Source of the DNA: Candidatus Nanohalarchaeota archaeon
GTDB lineage: Archaea > Nanohalarchaeota > Nanosalinia > Nanosalinales > Nanosalinaceae
NCBI GenBank assembly: GCA_022729235.1
Contig: JALDAJ010000001.1
Location: 963,596-1,027,595, forward strand
Length of the DNA: 64,000 nucleotides
Direction: 5' to 3'
Both the position numbers and the translations under genes were made by a program. Position 1 is the stretch's first letter. Every line of letters starts with the position of its first letter. The notes below the pieces were generated by a model that saw nothing but the letters and a program-made list of their open reading frames with translations, made no database searches and was not told where the DNA came from. Positions 10,220 through 19,871 of this stretch are shown one piece after another.

Positions 10220-10221
10220 AA

Positions 10222-10244
10222 CTTCGTGTACGCTCTACAATAAT
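10222..10244. promoter_or_regulatory. Putative autoregulatory NrtR site
   Basis: GT-ACGCTCT-ACAATAA (GT-N7-AC) a few nt upstream of the nrtR ATG, with the same ACAATAA arm as the sites at 13050-13097. Confidence 0.65.
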
Positions 10245-10295
10245 AAAAAGTGAATGGAGGGGTTAGAAGATAACATCCACCGGTTTTTGGTTTTA

Positions 10296-11042
10296 TTATC
10301 GGCGTCCTCCAAGCAGTTCTACGACCTCACTGGATTTCACCATGTGGACGTTATCGTGTTCCTCCCACTGTTCTCTCGCCGGGTCTGCGAGTTCATCGGC
10401 CAGTCTCTCGATCCCGTCCTCAAGGACGTAGACCTCGACTCCTCTTTCCGCGTGTCCCATAACGTTCTCGTTTACGCACACACCTTCTGTTACCCCACCG
10501 GTTATGGTCACGTCATAGTCCAGCTCCTCATATAATGGATCCATGTGCGGCGAGCCCTCGAACACGTTGAACTCGTTCTTGAGCACGACCGGCTCTAGCG
10601 GGACTCCTCCATCAGCAGCCACTCTCCTTATCTTACCGTCCACGTCTTCTTCTCTCCAGTCCAGGTAAACCGGATTCACTGGCGCTGTCTCTTCTATAAA
10701 GTCCGCGCCACCAGGTTCTACACCCATCACCTCTGCGTATCCGTCGGCAGGGCAGTGAGGCGGAAAAGTGTTCACTCCATCAGGTTCCTCATCCTCGTAA
10801 GGCATGATGATCTCATCGTCCCGGGGTTCGTGCCAGTCCCCGGTGTGGACCACGGTGTACCCGTTTTCTCTAAGTGCCCCGAAGACATTGCCGAGATTAT
10901 ACCTGAGCTCAGGGTCCTCTGCCCCCTCAACGTAGAGGTTCCTGCCTTCGACCATGAAACCGATTTGTGTGTCGACGTTCATCCCGACAACAGTGAATTC
11001 CGGGTTTTCAAGGTATTGTCCTAGGTGTTGGATCGCGCTCAT
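10296..11042 (-). CDS. pncA: Nicotinamidase (isochorismatase family)
   Basis: VDTQIGF, TGDWH, FPPHC, LKNEFNVF and GVCV motifs. GAGGTGA SD before ATG 11042. Confidence 0.85.
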   Translation of the reverse strand: MSAIQHLGQYLENPEFTVVGMNVDTQIGFMVEGRNLYVEGAEDPELRYNLGNVFGALRENGYTVVHTGDWHEPRDDEIIMPYEDEEPDGVNTFPPHCPADGYAEVMGVEPGGADFIEETAPVNPVYLDWREEDVDGKIRRVAADGGVPLEPVVLKNEFNVFEGSPHMDPLYEELDYDVTITGGVTEGVCVNENVMGHAERGVEVYVLEDGIERLADELADPAREQWEEHDNVHMVKSSEVVELLGGRR

Positions 11043-11080
11043 ACTGTTTTTCACCTCTAATACTGTTTTCCCGCCCTGGT

Positions 11081-11692
11081 TCAGTTGAAGCCGCGTCTGT
11101 AGGACGGCACATCGTTGACACCTTGCTCTAGGTTTTGAAGCCTCTGTGAAAGTTTCCCTACGAATTCTGGTCTTTTTCTCCTACCCGTAAGATACTCCGT
11201 CTCTATGTCGAGAGGTTCATTTTCTGCAGGCCAGCCGTACATCTCCCCGGGTTCTGCGTCCCGGTACTTATCTTCCCCACGTATCTCATACTGCTCCGGT
11301 ACATCGCTATCATCGAGCTGGACCTTTTCGCCATCCTCGAAAGTGTAACCGTGTCCACTGAATTTTCTCTCAACATCTCTTGCGACAACGCCCTCATGGG
11401 TCAGTACTTCGTTGAACTCGTAGTGCCCACCGCGGCTCCACTCCTCGGAGTCTACCAGGACGACCGCTTCGCCTTCACTCAAAGCCTCCTGGACTGCGTA
11501 AAGTGTTTCTACAACATACTCTCTTCTCTCATCATTCAGCCCTGAGACCTCTTCTCTCTTCTGCCGGAGTTCTTCACGTTTCTCACCGAGAATGCTTTCC
11601 ACCTCCTCAAGCCCCCTATTTCTTTCTTCAAGTACATGCGAGAAGACCGGTTCTCCGTCTTCTCCTGGAGCTTCTCTACTAGAAGCAACCAT
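11081..11692 (-). CDS. Hypothetical protein inside the NAD salvage operon
   Basis: Acidic 203-aa ORF whose ATG directly abuts the pncB stop. Confidence 0.75.
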   Translation of the reverse strand: MVASSREAPGEDGEPVFSHVLEERNRGLEEVESILGEKREELRQKREEVSGLNDERREYVVETLYAVQEALSEGEAVVLVDSEEWSRGGHYEFNEVLTHEGVVARDVERKFSGHGYTFEDGEKVQLDDSDVPEQYEIRGEDKYRDAEPGEMYGWPAENEPLDIETEYLTGRRKRPEFVGKLSQRLQNLEQGVNDVPSYRRGFN

Positions 11693-13033
11693 CTATACCA
11701 CCGCCGCCTGACTGTTGTATTCGACCATGTTTTGATCGACGTAGACCTGGAAGTCTCCACCGACCTCGTCCTCGAGTTTTCCTAGCCTTCCATCCTTACC
11801 CAGCGGTTCTCCATCGACCCTGACTATGTCGGAGGTCGTGTACAGGTTGTCCGTGGTGTCGAACGATCCGGCGCCGACGCCATCGAACAGCTTGTATTCA
11901 TTTTCCTCATAGAAGTCGATGCAAGCCTCTTTCCATTCCTCCATTTCGTCGACATAGCCTTTACCGCTGGATACCAGAAAGTTGATGTTGTCCCTGTAGC
12001 CTTCCTCGATCATCACTTCGTTCCAGGCCTTCGCTGCCTCTACACTGACACCCATGTCTTCTGGGTCGCCTGTTTCCACGCCCTGCGCGTAGTTAGCGCC
12101 GTTTGTGTCGATTCTTACTGTTAAATCGAAGTCTTCCCCGTAGTTCTCTTCCATCCACTCACATACCGCTAAAGTGTCGTCTATCTCCGCGTTAGCGGTG
12201 TCTATCAGAACCGGTGTCGGTGTCCCCGGCATCTCTTCCTGGAAGAAGTCGTGGTAGTTCTTGAAGGCCTCGAGTGTCGCGTCTTCCTTCCCGTGCTCCG
12301 AGGCGTGCGGTATGACAAAGGCGTGGTTCATAGTGCCGCTCGGGCTGGCCTCCTCTCCTTCAAGCATCTCGTTTATCGCTTCCACGCCGACTGGTGTCGA
12401 GTGCCCTACAACGTCGTCTTCAAACATCTCGAAGCTCTGGTAGGCTTCCTGGGCTGCCTTCGCCAGTTCTCTCTGCTGGGCAGGGTGGTAGTGTCTCGCC
12501 CCGAAGTCTGCAAAACCTATCTTCTCTTCATCCTGTAGACCAAGTTCCTGGTTTAAATCGACAAGTATCTCTACTACGTTCTCGATACCCTCCCTGTACT
12601 CATCAGGGTCAACGTGCTCGTAGTCATCCTGGTTAGCCTCTGTCAAATGGTATGAGAGGCTTCCAAGTATCACTGTCTCTGGAACGAAGAGTTCCTGCAG
12701 AGGGCCTTCAACTATCATAAGCGGTTCCCTGTTTTCAGGACTGTCTTCCGGCACGAAGATGTCTACCTCATCACCTGTCATCTCGTCGTAGATCTCCGCG
12801 GTCTCCTCTATTCCTGCGACTTCCGTGTCTTCCCCAAGTCCTGCGTGGATATGCTTCGTAACCGTAGGATTGAACTCCGCCTTTTCAGCCGCTTTCTTCG
12901 ACCAGTAGAATTATATGTCGCTGAACTTCTCCAGGTTTAACTCAGAGAGGTTCTCCTGGAACTCTTCTACTCTCTGCTCCAGCCCCTCTTCTCGTCCAAC
13001 TCCGCGTCTTTCAAGTCGTGTTTCGTCCACCAT
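11693..13033 (-). pseudogene. pncB: Nicotinate phosphoribosyltransferase with in-frame TAA at 12911-12913
   Basis: ATG 13033 with GGGGTGA SD gives MVDET...KFSDI*FYWSKK..., in frame with DFGAR, GTMNHA, LIDT, VRIDT, LVSSG and DIVRVDGEPLGKDGR. Confidence 0.85.
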
Positions 13034-13049
13034 CGTCTTTCACCCCACC

Positions 13050-13097
13050 GCTTATTGTCTTTTCTACAATAAGCATATTGTGGTTTTTACAATAAGC
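13050..13097. promoter_or_regulatory. Tandem NrtR operators
   Basis: GCTTATTGT-CTTTTCT-ACAATAAGC (perfect 9-bp inverted repeat) followed by ATATTGT-GGTTTTT-ACAATAAGC. Both fit GT-N7-AC. Confidence 0.85.
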
Positions 13098-13155
13098 ATT
13101 TTTATACTTTTTGTAAGAAGTACACAAAGACCTGTGGTTTTTTGACCCAGACCCT

Positions 13156-13197
13156 GAAGAACTAGTAGAAGACTTGGAGGAGTGGCGGAGAGATTAA
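13156..13197 (+). repeat. Orphan copy 2 of MazG 3' end (EELVEDLEEWRRD*)
   Basis: 33/42 nt identity to 8565-8606, including the stop codon. Confidence 0.85.
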
Positions 13198-13755
13198 CTA
13201 CTCACTGCGCTTTTGCTTGAGCTGGGAAGGAACGTACCCCAGGGCAAAGTTATCGGAGTGCCCGAGCCAGCATTCGAGTTCACCAGCGACCTCTCTGGCG
13301 CGGTGTTCGCTACTGTTACCATCTAATCCGCTGTAGGTCTCAGCATATCTGACGCTGTAGAACTCCGGTCCTCCCGGAGAAACAATATCAAGCGCCGAGG
13401 TAAGATTTAGGTCTTCCGGAGCTTCATTGACAGGAATCTTTTCCAGCCTTAGACCCTGTGCCCTTCCATCGTAGACCTCTACGTCTGTAACCCAGTCACC
13501 TCTGTTATCCGTGACACGCCAACAGTCCTGTTCCTCACTGACATCGAGACCGTGCTCACCATCCAGCAATCTTGCGGCTTCACAGATATCTTCACCACGG
13601 ACATCCTGGAAAAAGGAACCTTCACCAGGCGAGTACCAGGCATCACCCGGAAACGCGTAGGACCTATTCACATTCCCTATAATAACTGATTCTCCCTCGT
13701 CAAGCTGCTCCACAAGCTCCACGACTCCCGGAGACGCCACGTCTTCAGTACCCAT
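13198..13755 (-). CDS. Hypothetical protein between MazG-end copies 2 and 3
   Basis: Acidic ORF, probable start MGTEDV. Confidence 0.7.
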   Translation of the reverse strand: MGTEDVASPGVVELVEQLDEGESVIIGNVNRSYAFPGDAWYSPGEGSFFQDVRGEDICEAARLLDGEHGLDVSEEQDCWRVTDNRGDWVTDVEVYDGRAQGLRLEKIPVNEAPEDLNLTSALDIVSPGGPEFYSVRYAETYSGLDGNSSEHRAREVAGELECWLGHSDNFALGYVPSQLKQKRSE

Positions 13756-13804
13756 AACCAAACCTAACACCACCAAAAAGATAAATAGATCCTCCAACAT
13801 CATC

Positions 13805-13846
13805 GAAGAACCGACAGAAGAACTGGAGAAGTGGCGGAGAGAATCA
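13805..13846 (+). repeat. Orphan copy 3 of MazG 3' end (EEPTEELEKWRRES)
   Basis: 35/42 nt identity to 8565-8606. Confidence 0.85.
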
Positions 13847-13884
13847 AAAGGGATTAAAGGTTCTGAAAGTTGAAAGAAAACTAT

Positions 13885-15012
13885 ATGCTCCGTATCAAAG
13901 CGAAGATTGAAGACTTAACTTATAACCCGACTATGTGCAAAAATCTAAACAAATACAGCCTCAATGAATTTTATTCCGGGAAATCTTTCCAAGATGCTGC
14001 CTTTAGAGTCCAACCAGAAGAAAACGAGTACGCAATAAGTTGGTGGGTATCGCCAAAAAGAACGAGAAGCTATCCGAGGGCAAGAGTATACGACACCTAT
14101 AACCACAAAAACAGGGTCACCATAATCCCTCTGGTTAAGGATGAAGGAAAAGACGGAGAGAGGGACTACCTACAGTGGGATACTCTATCGCTGATGAGCC
14201 TCTTACAAGTAAACGTTATCATAGCTCCCTACAAGAATGCTGAGAAAAACGATAACTACGATAACAAGATAACTAACCAGAAATTCGACTTTGAATACAT
14301 AAAGGAAAAATTTGAAGAACTACAGAACTATCAGTCCGATGCTCTGCACTGGAATTTAAAACAGGCCTCAGAACTTGGAGAAGTAGCTGAACTAAGCAAG
14401 AAATATTACTACGATAAGATTTCCTCCAAAACAGGGGTAAAGATGCATAGTAAGAAGCACTTCGAGAAACGGATGGATAAAATAACAGAAGAAGCAGATA
14501 GGTTCAAGAAAATGTCCAGGAACCTTGCAGAAGAAGCGCAGAATAGAGAAGCCCTGACACTACAACCTAAAGAGAGTACAAGAACAGACAAATGCGTGAT
14601 CACAATCCAGAACCACCTGGGCGGAGAGTACTACTTTACCTCTGACGAGGTCATGAGATCAGAAGATAAAGTATTCCTGATAGAGAAAAAACATACAAGA
14701 GACGTGTTTCCTAGCCTAGCAGATATTAAAAACGGCTTGGTAAGAATGATGTTATTCAAGAATCTGAGTACCGTAAAGGCAGAAGGTGACGAACTGGAAG
14801 CAGTTCCAGTCCTCGGAATTACGGGTGATGAGTTAGAAGGTTACTGCTCCAACTCAGAAAATATAGAAGATAATCTAGGAGACGGCATCTCTGATAAGAA
14901 AATTGACGATATCAACTCCTTAATGCAGGAAGCAAACGAAAACGATTTCACAGTGATAATCTCTCAGAACAACGACTCAGTTGAAGATAAACTATACAGT
15001 AATATTATGTGA
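13885..15012 (+). CDS. Putative type II restriction endonuclease
   Basis: Lys/Asn-rich, AT-rich ORF with a PD-(D/E)xK-like TSDEV...LIEKK motif, directly upstream of two DNA methyltransferases. Confidence 0.6.
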   Translation: MLRIKAKIEDLTYNPTMCKNLNKYSLNEFYSGKSFQDAAFRVQPEENEYAISWWVSPKRTRSYPRARVYDTYNHKNRVTIIPLVKDEGKDGERDYLQWDTLSLMSLLQVNVIIAPYKNAEKNDNYDNKITNQKFDFEYIKEKFEELQNYQSDALHWNLKQASELGEVAELSKKYYYDKISSKTGVKMHSKKHFEKRMDKITEEADRFKKMSRNLAEEAQNREALTLQPKESTRTDKCVITIQNHLGGEYYFTSDEVMRSEDKVFLIEKKHTRDVFPSLADIKNGLVRMMLFKNLSTVKAEGDELEAVPVLGITGDELEGYCSNSENIEDNLGDGISDKKIDDINSLMQEANENDFTVIISQNNDSVEDKLYSNIM

Positions 15013-15084
15013 TCTATATAGAGGTATACCTCATAAGAATAGGACCCGCGTTAACCTTTGGAACCTCTCCCTCAGGAGATAATT

Positions 15085-16302
15085 ATGAAGGATAACATAG
15101 CCTACACAAACAGTTATGAGCTTGAGAACAGCTATAAGAAAGCTATTGATGACTGGCAACATCCCTTACATAGAACCTGTTCTCGTTTAGGTTCATTTCC
15201 ACCGGAACTGGCACATTACTTCATCCAGAAATATTCAGATAAAGGAGACAGAGTACTGGACCCTTTCGCTGGCAAGGGTACAGCCCCCCTAGAAGCCTAT
15301 CTTACTGATAGAATAGGTGTAGGAAACGATGCGTCCCCTGACGCCTACATTCTAACACACGCCAAAGTCAAGCCTTCCAGTATCGAAGATGTTGAAAAGC
15401 GGCTGAAAGAACTAGAAAACAACTATGACGAACCAGATATAGAAAATGTCGATGAGGATGTCAAGATTTTTTTCAGCGATCACAACCTCAGACAGATAGT
15501 ATATCTGAAACGTGAATTGGGAGATAGCGATCTCGAGATATTCATTAAATCTCTGGTTCTCGGCATTCTTCACGGAAAGGGTGAACTCGCGCTATCTCTT
15601 CCAATGTCACATTCCTACTCGATGTCACCCTCCTACGTAGAAAAATATTCGGAGGAGAATGATCTAGAGAAACCGGAGAAAAACGTTTTCGAGGCGGTAA
15701 GAAAGAAGGCGGATAGGGTACTGGGTAGGCCTCTTAAAGAGACGAAAGGTGAAGCTTACTGTGAGGAGATTCTGGACTTGGAGTTTGATGAAAAGTTCGA
15801 CCTGATAGTTACTTCGCCCCCGTACTACCACGCGCTTACTTATGCTTGGGATAACTGGCTCAGACTATGGTTCCTCGGCCACAACTTCAAGCAAGTCAGA
15901 GAGAAACTAATTCAGACCTCCGACGAAGAGAAATATGAGAACTACATGAAAGATAGCCTGAGAAAAATGTACAAATGGCTCAAACCAGACTCTGCCTGCA
16001 TTGTCGTTGTGGGAGACGTCACCAAGAAAGTGACCGAAAATGGAGAAAAAAAGAAGAAGATTATAAATACAGCGGAAAGGCTTGTGGAACCTGCTAAAGA
16101 CGTAGGATTTGAAACCGATATACGCATCATAAATGACGAAGTGCCTGAAGAAGACAAGTACTCAGATTATATAGAATCAGAGCAAGGAGTTAAGATAGAT
16201 CGAATACTTGAACTAAAGAAGGGGGATCCTGAAGAGACCGAGGTAAAAACTAACTGGAAGATACCCTTTATGTCAAGTCAAGACACGCTCGAAGATTTCT
16301 AA
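15085..16302 (+). CDS. Amino-DNA methyltransferase (probably N4-cytosine; motif I before IV)
   Basis: VLDPFAGKGT (SAM binding), then LIVTSPPY (catalytic). Confidence 0.9.
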   Translation: MKDNIAYTNSYELENSYKKAIDDWQHPLHRTCSRLGSFPPELAHYFIQKYSDKGDRVLDPFAGKGTAPLEAYLTDRIGVGNDASPDAYILTHAKVKPSSIEDVEKRLKELENNYDEPDIENVDEDVKIFFSDHNLRQIVYLKRELGDSDLEIFIKSLVLGILHGKGELALSLPMSHSYSMSPSYVEKYSEENDLEKPEKNVFEAVRKKADRVLGRPLKETKGEAYCEEILDLEFDEKFDLIVTSPPYYHALTYAWDNWLRLWFLGHNFKQVREKLIQTSDEEKYENYMKDSLRKMYKWLKPDSACIVVVGDVTKKVTENGEKKKKIINTAERLVEPAKDVGFETDIRIINDEVPEEDKYSDYIESEQGVKIDRILELKKGDPEETEVKTNWKIPFMSSQDTLEDF

Positions 16303-16440
16303 ACTTATGAAGTTTTTAAGACTTGATAAGACTGCTAGAGAGCTTAAATAAGTTAAAAGCATCTATAAACAATTTAAAGCAAATATGGATATACCAAAAG
16401 CATTGGTAATCTATAAAAGCCCTAAAAATAATCGATTAAC

Positions 16441-17325
16441 ATGGAATTTAACGAGTTTGAAACATACGGAGAAAGAGATAGAGTAGTCAGAGGAGACTGC
16501 TTAGAGATAATGAAGAAAATGCCTTCTGACTCCATAACTCTTGGTTTTACTTCACCCCCTTACTTCAACGCGATTAATTACGATGCGCACATAGAGAAGC
16601 TAAATGATGAAAAAGATAGATGGGAGCGAGAAGATATTTCTTACAGCGAATATAGGCAGTTCCTCGTAGAACGCTTTGAAGAGCTTTTCAGAGTTATCAG
16701 GCCTGGCGGATATAACGTAGTTAACATAGCTCCTGTTTCCTGGAATGGCAACAGAGTGCCATTACCGTTCCACTTCGTCACTTGGATGGAAGAAATCGGC
16801 TGGGAGTTTCAAGAGGATATAGTCTGGGAAAAACCAGTCGCAAGAGACAGAAGATCAGGAGTCCTGATGCAAAATCCTTACCCTGGCTACTACTACCCAA
16901 GCCTGGTGACTGAATATGTTTTCGTATTCCAGAAACCGACAGACAGCGAGTCGAAACAGAATATTTACTGGCACCGGAGCGACCAGGAGAAAGAAGAAAA
17001 CAAGCTTGATCTCTCCAATTATCAGGGAGAACAGAGCAAGAACAACTGGAAGATAAGACCTTGTGCGCCGCAGGAGACAGATCATCCCTGCCCATTCCCA
17101 GTAGAATTAGCGGAGAGAGTCATCAAGTTCTACTCCTACAAAGGCGATAAAGTCATCGATATTTTCGCTGGAAGCGGCAGCTCCTTGGTCGCAGCTGAAA
17201 AACGCGACAGAGATTACATAGGTATAGAAACACAACAAGAATACATAGAGCAATCGTTGAACAGGCTGAATAAGATTAGAGAAAGCTCAAGCCAGAAGGA
17301 GATAAATCAGTTCTCCAAATCCTAG
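16441..17325 (+). CDS. Beta-class amino-DNA methyltransferase (N4-C/N6-A)
   Basis: FTSPPY, HPCPFP and VIDIFAGSGS in beta order. Confidence 0.92.
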   Translation: MEFNEFETYGERDRVVRGDCLEIMKKMPSDSITLGFTSPPYFNAINYDAHIEKLNDEKDRWEREDISYSEYRQFLVERFEELFRVIRPGGYNVVNIAPVSWNGNRVPLPFHFVTWMEEIGWEFQEDIVWEKPVARDRRSGVLMQNPYPGYYYPSLVTEYVFVFQKPTDSESKQNIYWHRSDQEKEENKLDLSNYQGEQSKNNWKIRPCAPQETDHPCPFPVELAERVIKFYSYKGDKVIDIFAGSGSSLVAAEKRDRDYIGIETQQEYIEQSLNRLNKIRESSSQKEINQFSKS

Positions 17326-17396
17326 AACGCATATCCCTCTCCTCCGTCGACACACCCTTTAAGTACAATCCCTGCTAATCCTCACGTAGAACTACC

Positions 17397-17783
17397 ATGA
17401 CCTCTGTTTTCGTAGCTGAGTTGTTGGGTTGGTTTGTTATTGTGTCGTGTGTGGTGTTCTTGTTGCGGAGGGAGAGGTTTATGGAGTACGCGCGGGAGTT
17501 CGCGGAGAATATTTCGCTTAGGTACACCGTGGCGTTTCTTGAGCTGGCGGTGGGGCTGGCGATCGTTCTGTCGCACAGGAGTCTGGCGCTGGGTTATGAA
17601 GGTGTGATAACTGTTATAGGCGGGTTGATGGTTGCAGAAAGTGTTTTCCACCTGCTGGCGTCGGAGGAGCAGGAGAGGAGAGTGATTGAAAGTATCGATA
17701 ACGAGCTGTTCCTGAAAGGTTCCGCTACCGTTGGACTCGCGCTAGGGTTCTACCTGGTGACGAAAGGGTTCACGTGTTTCTAA
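17397..17783 (+). CDS. Small integral membrane protein (~4 TM)
   Basis: Four hydrophobic segments. Confidence 0.7.
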   Translation: MTSVFVAELLGWFVIVSCVVFLLRRERFMEYAREFAENISLRYTVAFLELAVGLAIVLSHRSLALGYEGVITVIGGLMVAESVFHLLASEEQERRVIESIDNELFLKGSATVGLALGFYLVTKGFTCF

Positions 17784-17977
17784 ATCGTGGGGGGTTCTCT
17801 ATACCACACTGCAGTACTATTCTTATAGCCAGAGAACTCCTTGTAATGGTGTCGTGTGCCGGAGAGTGGGGTGTGGTAGCCTTCTCCGGCATCCAGTAGG
17901 TTTTCCCAGTGCAGGAGAGGAATGTTTAAAGTGTTTTACGTACTGGAGAGGAGCATTTGTTTGACGGCGGTCAGATA

Positions 17978-18535
17978 TTACTCCATTGGATCATCTAGAT
18001 AGGTGAATTCTTCTCCATCAGGCAGGAGATGGATGACTTTGTCCTCGGTTATTAGGTCCCACGTGGCAAGGTGGGGAGGTATGCTGGGGTGGAGGACAGG
18101 GTTGTATGTGAATGAGTTTATCCCTGTTTCCTGCTTCAGTTCATTCATCAGGTTGTTCATCTCGGTCCTAGGTACGGGCCGGGCTTTGGTCCAAGTCTCT
18201 CCTTCATAGGGTTCTACGGTCTGTCCGTGGATCTCGACCTCAACAGGGAATAGACCGAAGTCGATTAAACTCCGGAAACCTTCCTGGTGTTCCTCGTAAA
18301 CCATGTTAAGCTCGTCGACGTACTGCTCTACGCTCGAACCGGTCTTGATGGCAGGGATCTCCTGGCTGGTCGTTAGCTCCACTGTCTGGTACAGGTAGTC
18401 TTCTCCCGCGTGTTCTATGGTTTCAGCGGGTCTGTAGAATCCTATGTATTCTTCATCTTCAAGAGGTGAATCCTGTTCTGAAGCGCTGTAGTAGGATTCA
18501 AATCGGGCGTCAAGTGGTCCGACTTCCTTGATCAT
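17978..18535 (-). CDS. Hypothetical protein
   Basis: Acidic 185-aa ORF. Confidence 0.7.
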   Translation of the reverse strand: MIKEVGPLDARFESYYSASEQDSPLEDEEYIGFYRPAETIEHAGEDYLYQTVELTTSQEIPAIKTGSSVEQYVDELNMVYEEHQEGFRSLIDFGLFPVEVEIHGQTVEPYEGETWTKARPVPRTEMNNLMNELKQETGINSFTYNPVLHPSIPPHLATWDLITEDKVIHLLPDGEEFTYLDDPME

Positions 18536-18631
18536 GCTATAGGATAGCTGTCAGGACTAATAATCATTCACCTGATCCAGGATTCATCAAGACCGGAAAA
18601 GATTTCAGGGTGTTAGTTCTTAGTGTTCTGT

Positions 18632-19342
18632 ATGAGAGATGTTATCGTAATCGGAGCGGGGCCGGCAGGGCTTTCCGCCAGTGTATTTACTTCTAGGAAC
18701 GGGATGGATACGTTGATACTTGAAAGCAGGGACTCGATTCTGAGGAGGAACGCGCACCTGGAGAACTTCCTGGGGTTTCCGAAAGGTGTGAACTCGAACC
18801 TACTCCTGGAGATGGGTCGTGACCAGGCGGAGGAAAGTGGCTGTGATATAGTAGAGGGTTTTGTTACCGGTATCGAGATAGAAGGAGATGCGTTCACGGT
18901 AGAGACCCGGGACGGTGAAACTCACGAGGCACGGCATATTATCGTGGCGACTAAAAACGAGACGCGGTTCCTTCCCGGGGATGTTGAGACGTACCAGGAC
19001 GGGAAGACCTTTATCAAGACTGATGGAGAGGGTAGAACCTCCGTGGATAGGCTTTACGCGGCTGGACGTGTAGCAGGCAAGCCCCACCAGACCATCATCA
19101 GTGCAGGTCACGGGGCAGAAGTAGCTGTTACACTGCTGGAAGATGAGAACCCGGATTTTTACAGGGACTGGGTTGTGCCGAAAGGCTACTTCACGATGAG
19201 AGGGCGCGAGGTTCCGGGAGGATGTGAGGAGATAGAAGAAGAGGAACGCAGGAGGAGAGAGGAAGAATCAATCAAGGCCATGAAGGAATACTTCTCGGAG
19301 CTGTTCTCCCGCCCCGACCAGCACCCGTCGGTGGGGGAGTGA
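18632..19342 (+). CDS. FAD-dependent oxidoreductase (thioredoxin reductase-like, short form)
   Basis: DVIVIGAGPAGLSA, ENFLGFP, IIVAT and TSVDRLYAAG motifs. Confidence 0.9.
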   Translation: MRDVIVIGAGPAGLSASVFTSRNGMDTLILESRDSILRRNAHLENFLGFPKGVNSNLLLEMGRDQAEESGCDIVEGFVTGIEIEGDAFTVETRDGETHEARHIIVATKNETRFLPGDVETYQDGKTFIKTDGEGRTSVDRLYAAGRVAGKPHQTIISAGHGAEVAVTLLEDENPDFYRDWVVPKGYFTMRGREVPGGCEEIEEEERRRREEESIKAMKEYFSELFSRPDQHPSVGE

Positions 19343-19415
19343 CCCCAGCTTCCTACCGGTGGCAGAACTGATACTGTTATTAATTTTCCTGACAAGTTTG
19401 TATGTGGTATAGTAC

Positions 19416-19787
19416 ATGGGTTTACATAGCCAGATATCGCGGGAAAGCTGCGGCGAGGAAACAGTTTACGTGATAGAGAGCCTGGAAGACGAAAACACCG
19501 ATATTGACCTGGCGGACGTCGAGAGAGTCCTGAGGGAACAGGACTTTGAGGAGGTAGGTTCAGGCGGGATGGATATGTCACTGTGGTACTCCGGACTCGA
19601 TATAACATTCAACTACAACCCGGAAAAGGATCGTGCAACGCTGAACACGGGTGTCGAGCTATCTCCTACTAAAGAAGGCTTCCTTGACGAGGCGTTGTCG
19701 ACTACGTACGGATACTCGATCCCGGAACTGGTCGGCTACCAGAAAGACCCGGATAAAGAGGTCTACACTATCGGGCAGGATATCTAG
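19416..19787 (+). CDS. Hypothetical protein
   Basis: Acidic 123-aa ORF. Confidence 0.65.
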   Translation: MGLHSQISRESCGEETVYVIESLEDENTDIDLADVERVLREQDFEEVGSGGMDMSLWYSGLDITFNYNPEKDRATLNTGVELSPTKEGFLDEALSTTYGYSIPELVGYQKDPDKEVYTIGQDI

Positions 19788-19871
19788 GACTCCCTCCTAT
19801 ACCGGACTGTAGTTATGGTTATATGGGGCGGGCTTTCGTTAAACCGTGGAGAAGATAGGGGGTGAACTGTT

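Noticed and set aside
9282-12913. Stop-codon reassignment to explain the in-frame TAG and TAA
   Set aside because: TAG, TAA and TGA all end conserved core genes in this window (e.g. sdo1 TAG, psmA TAA, rpoP TGA).
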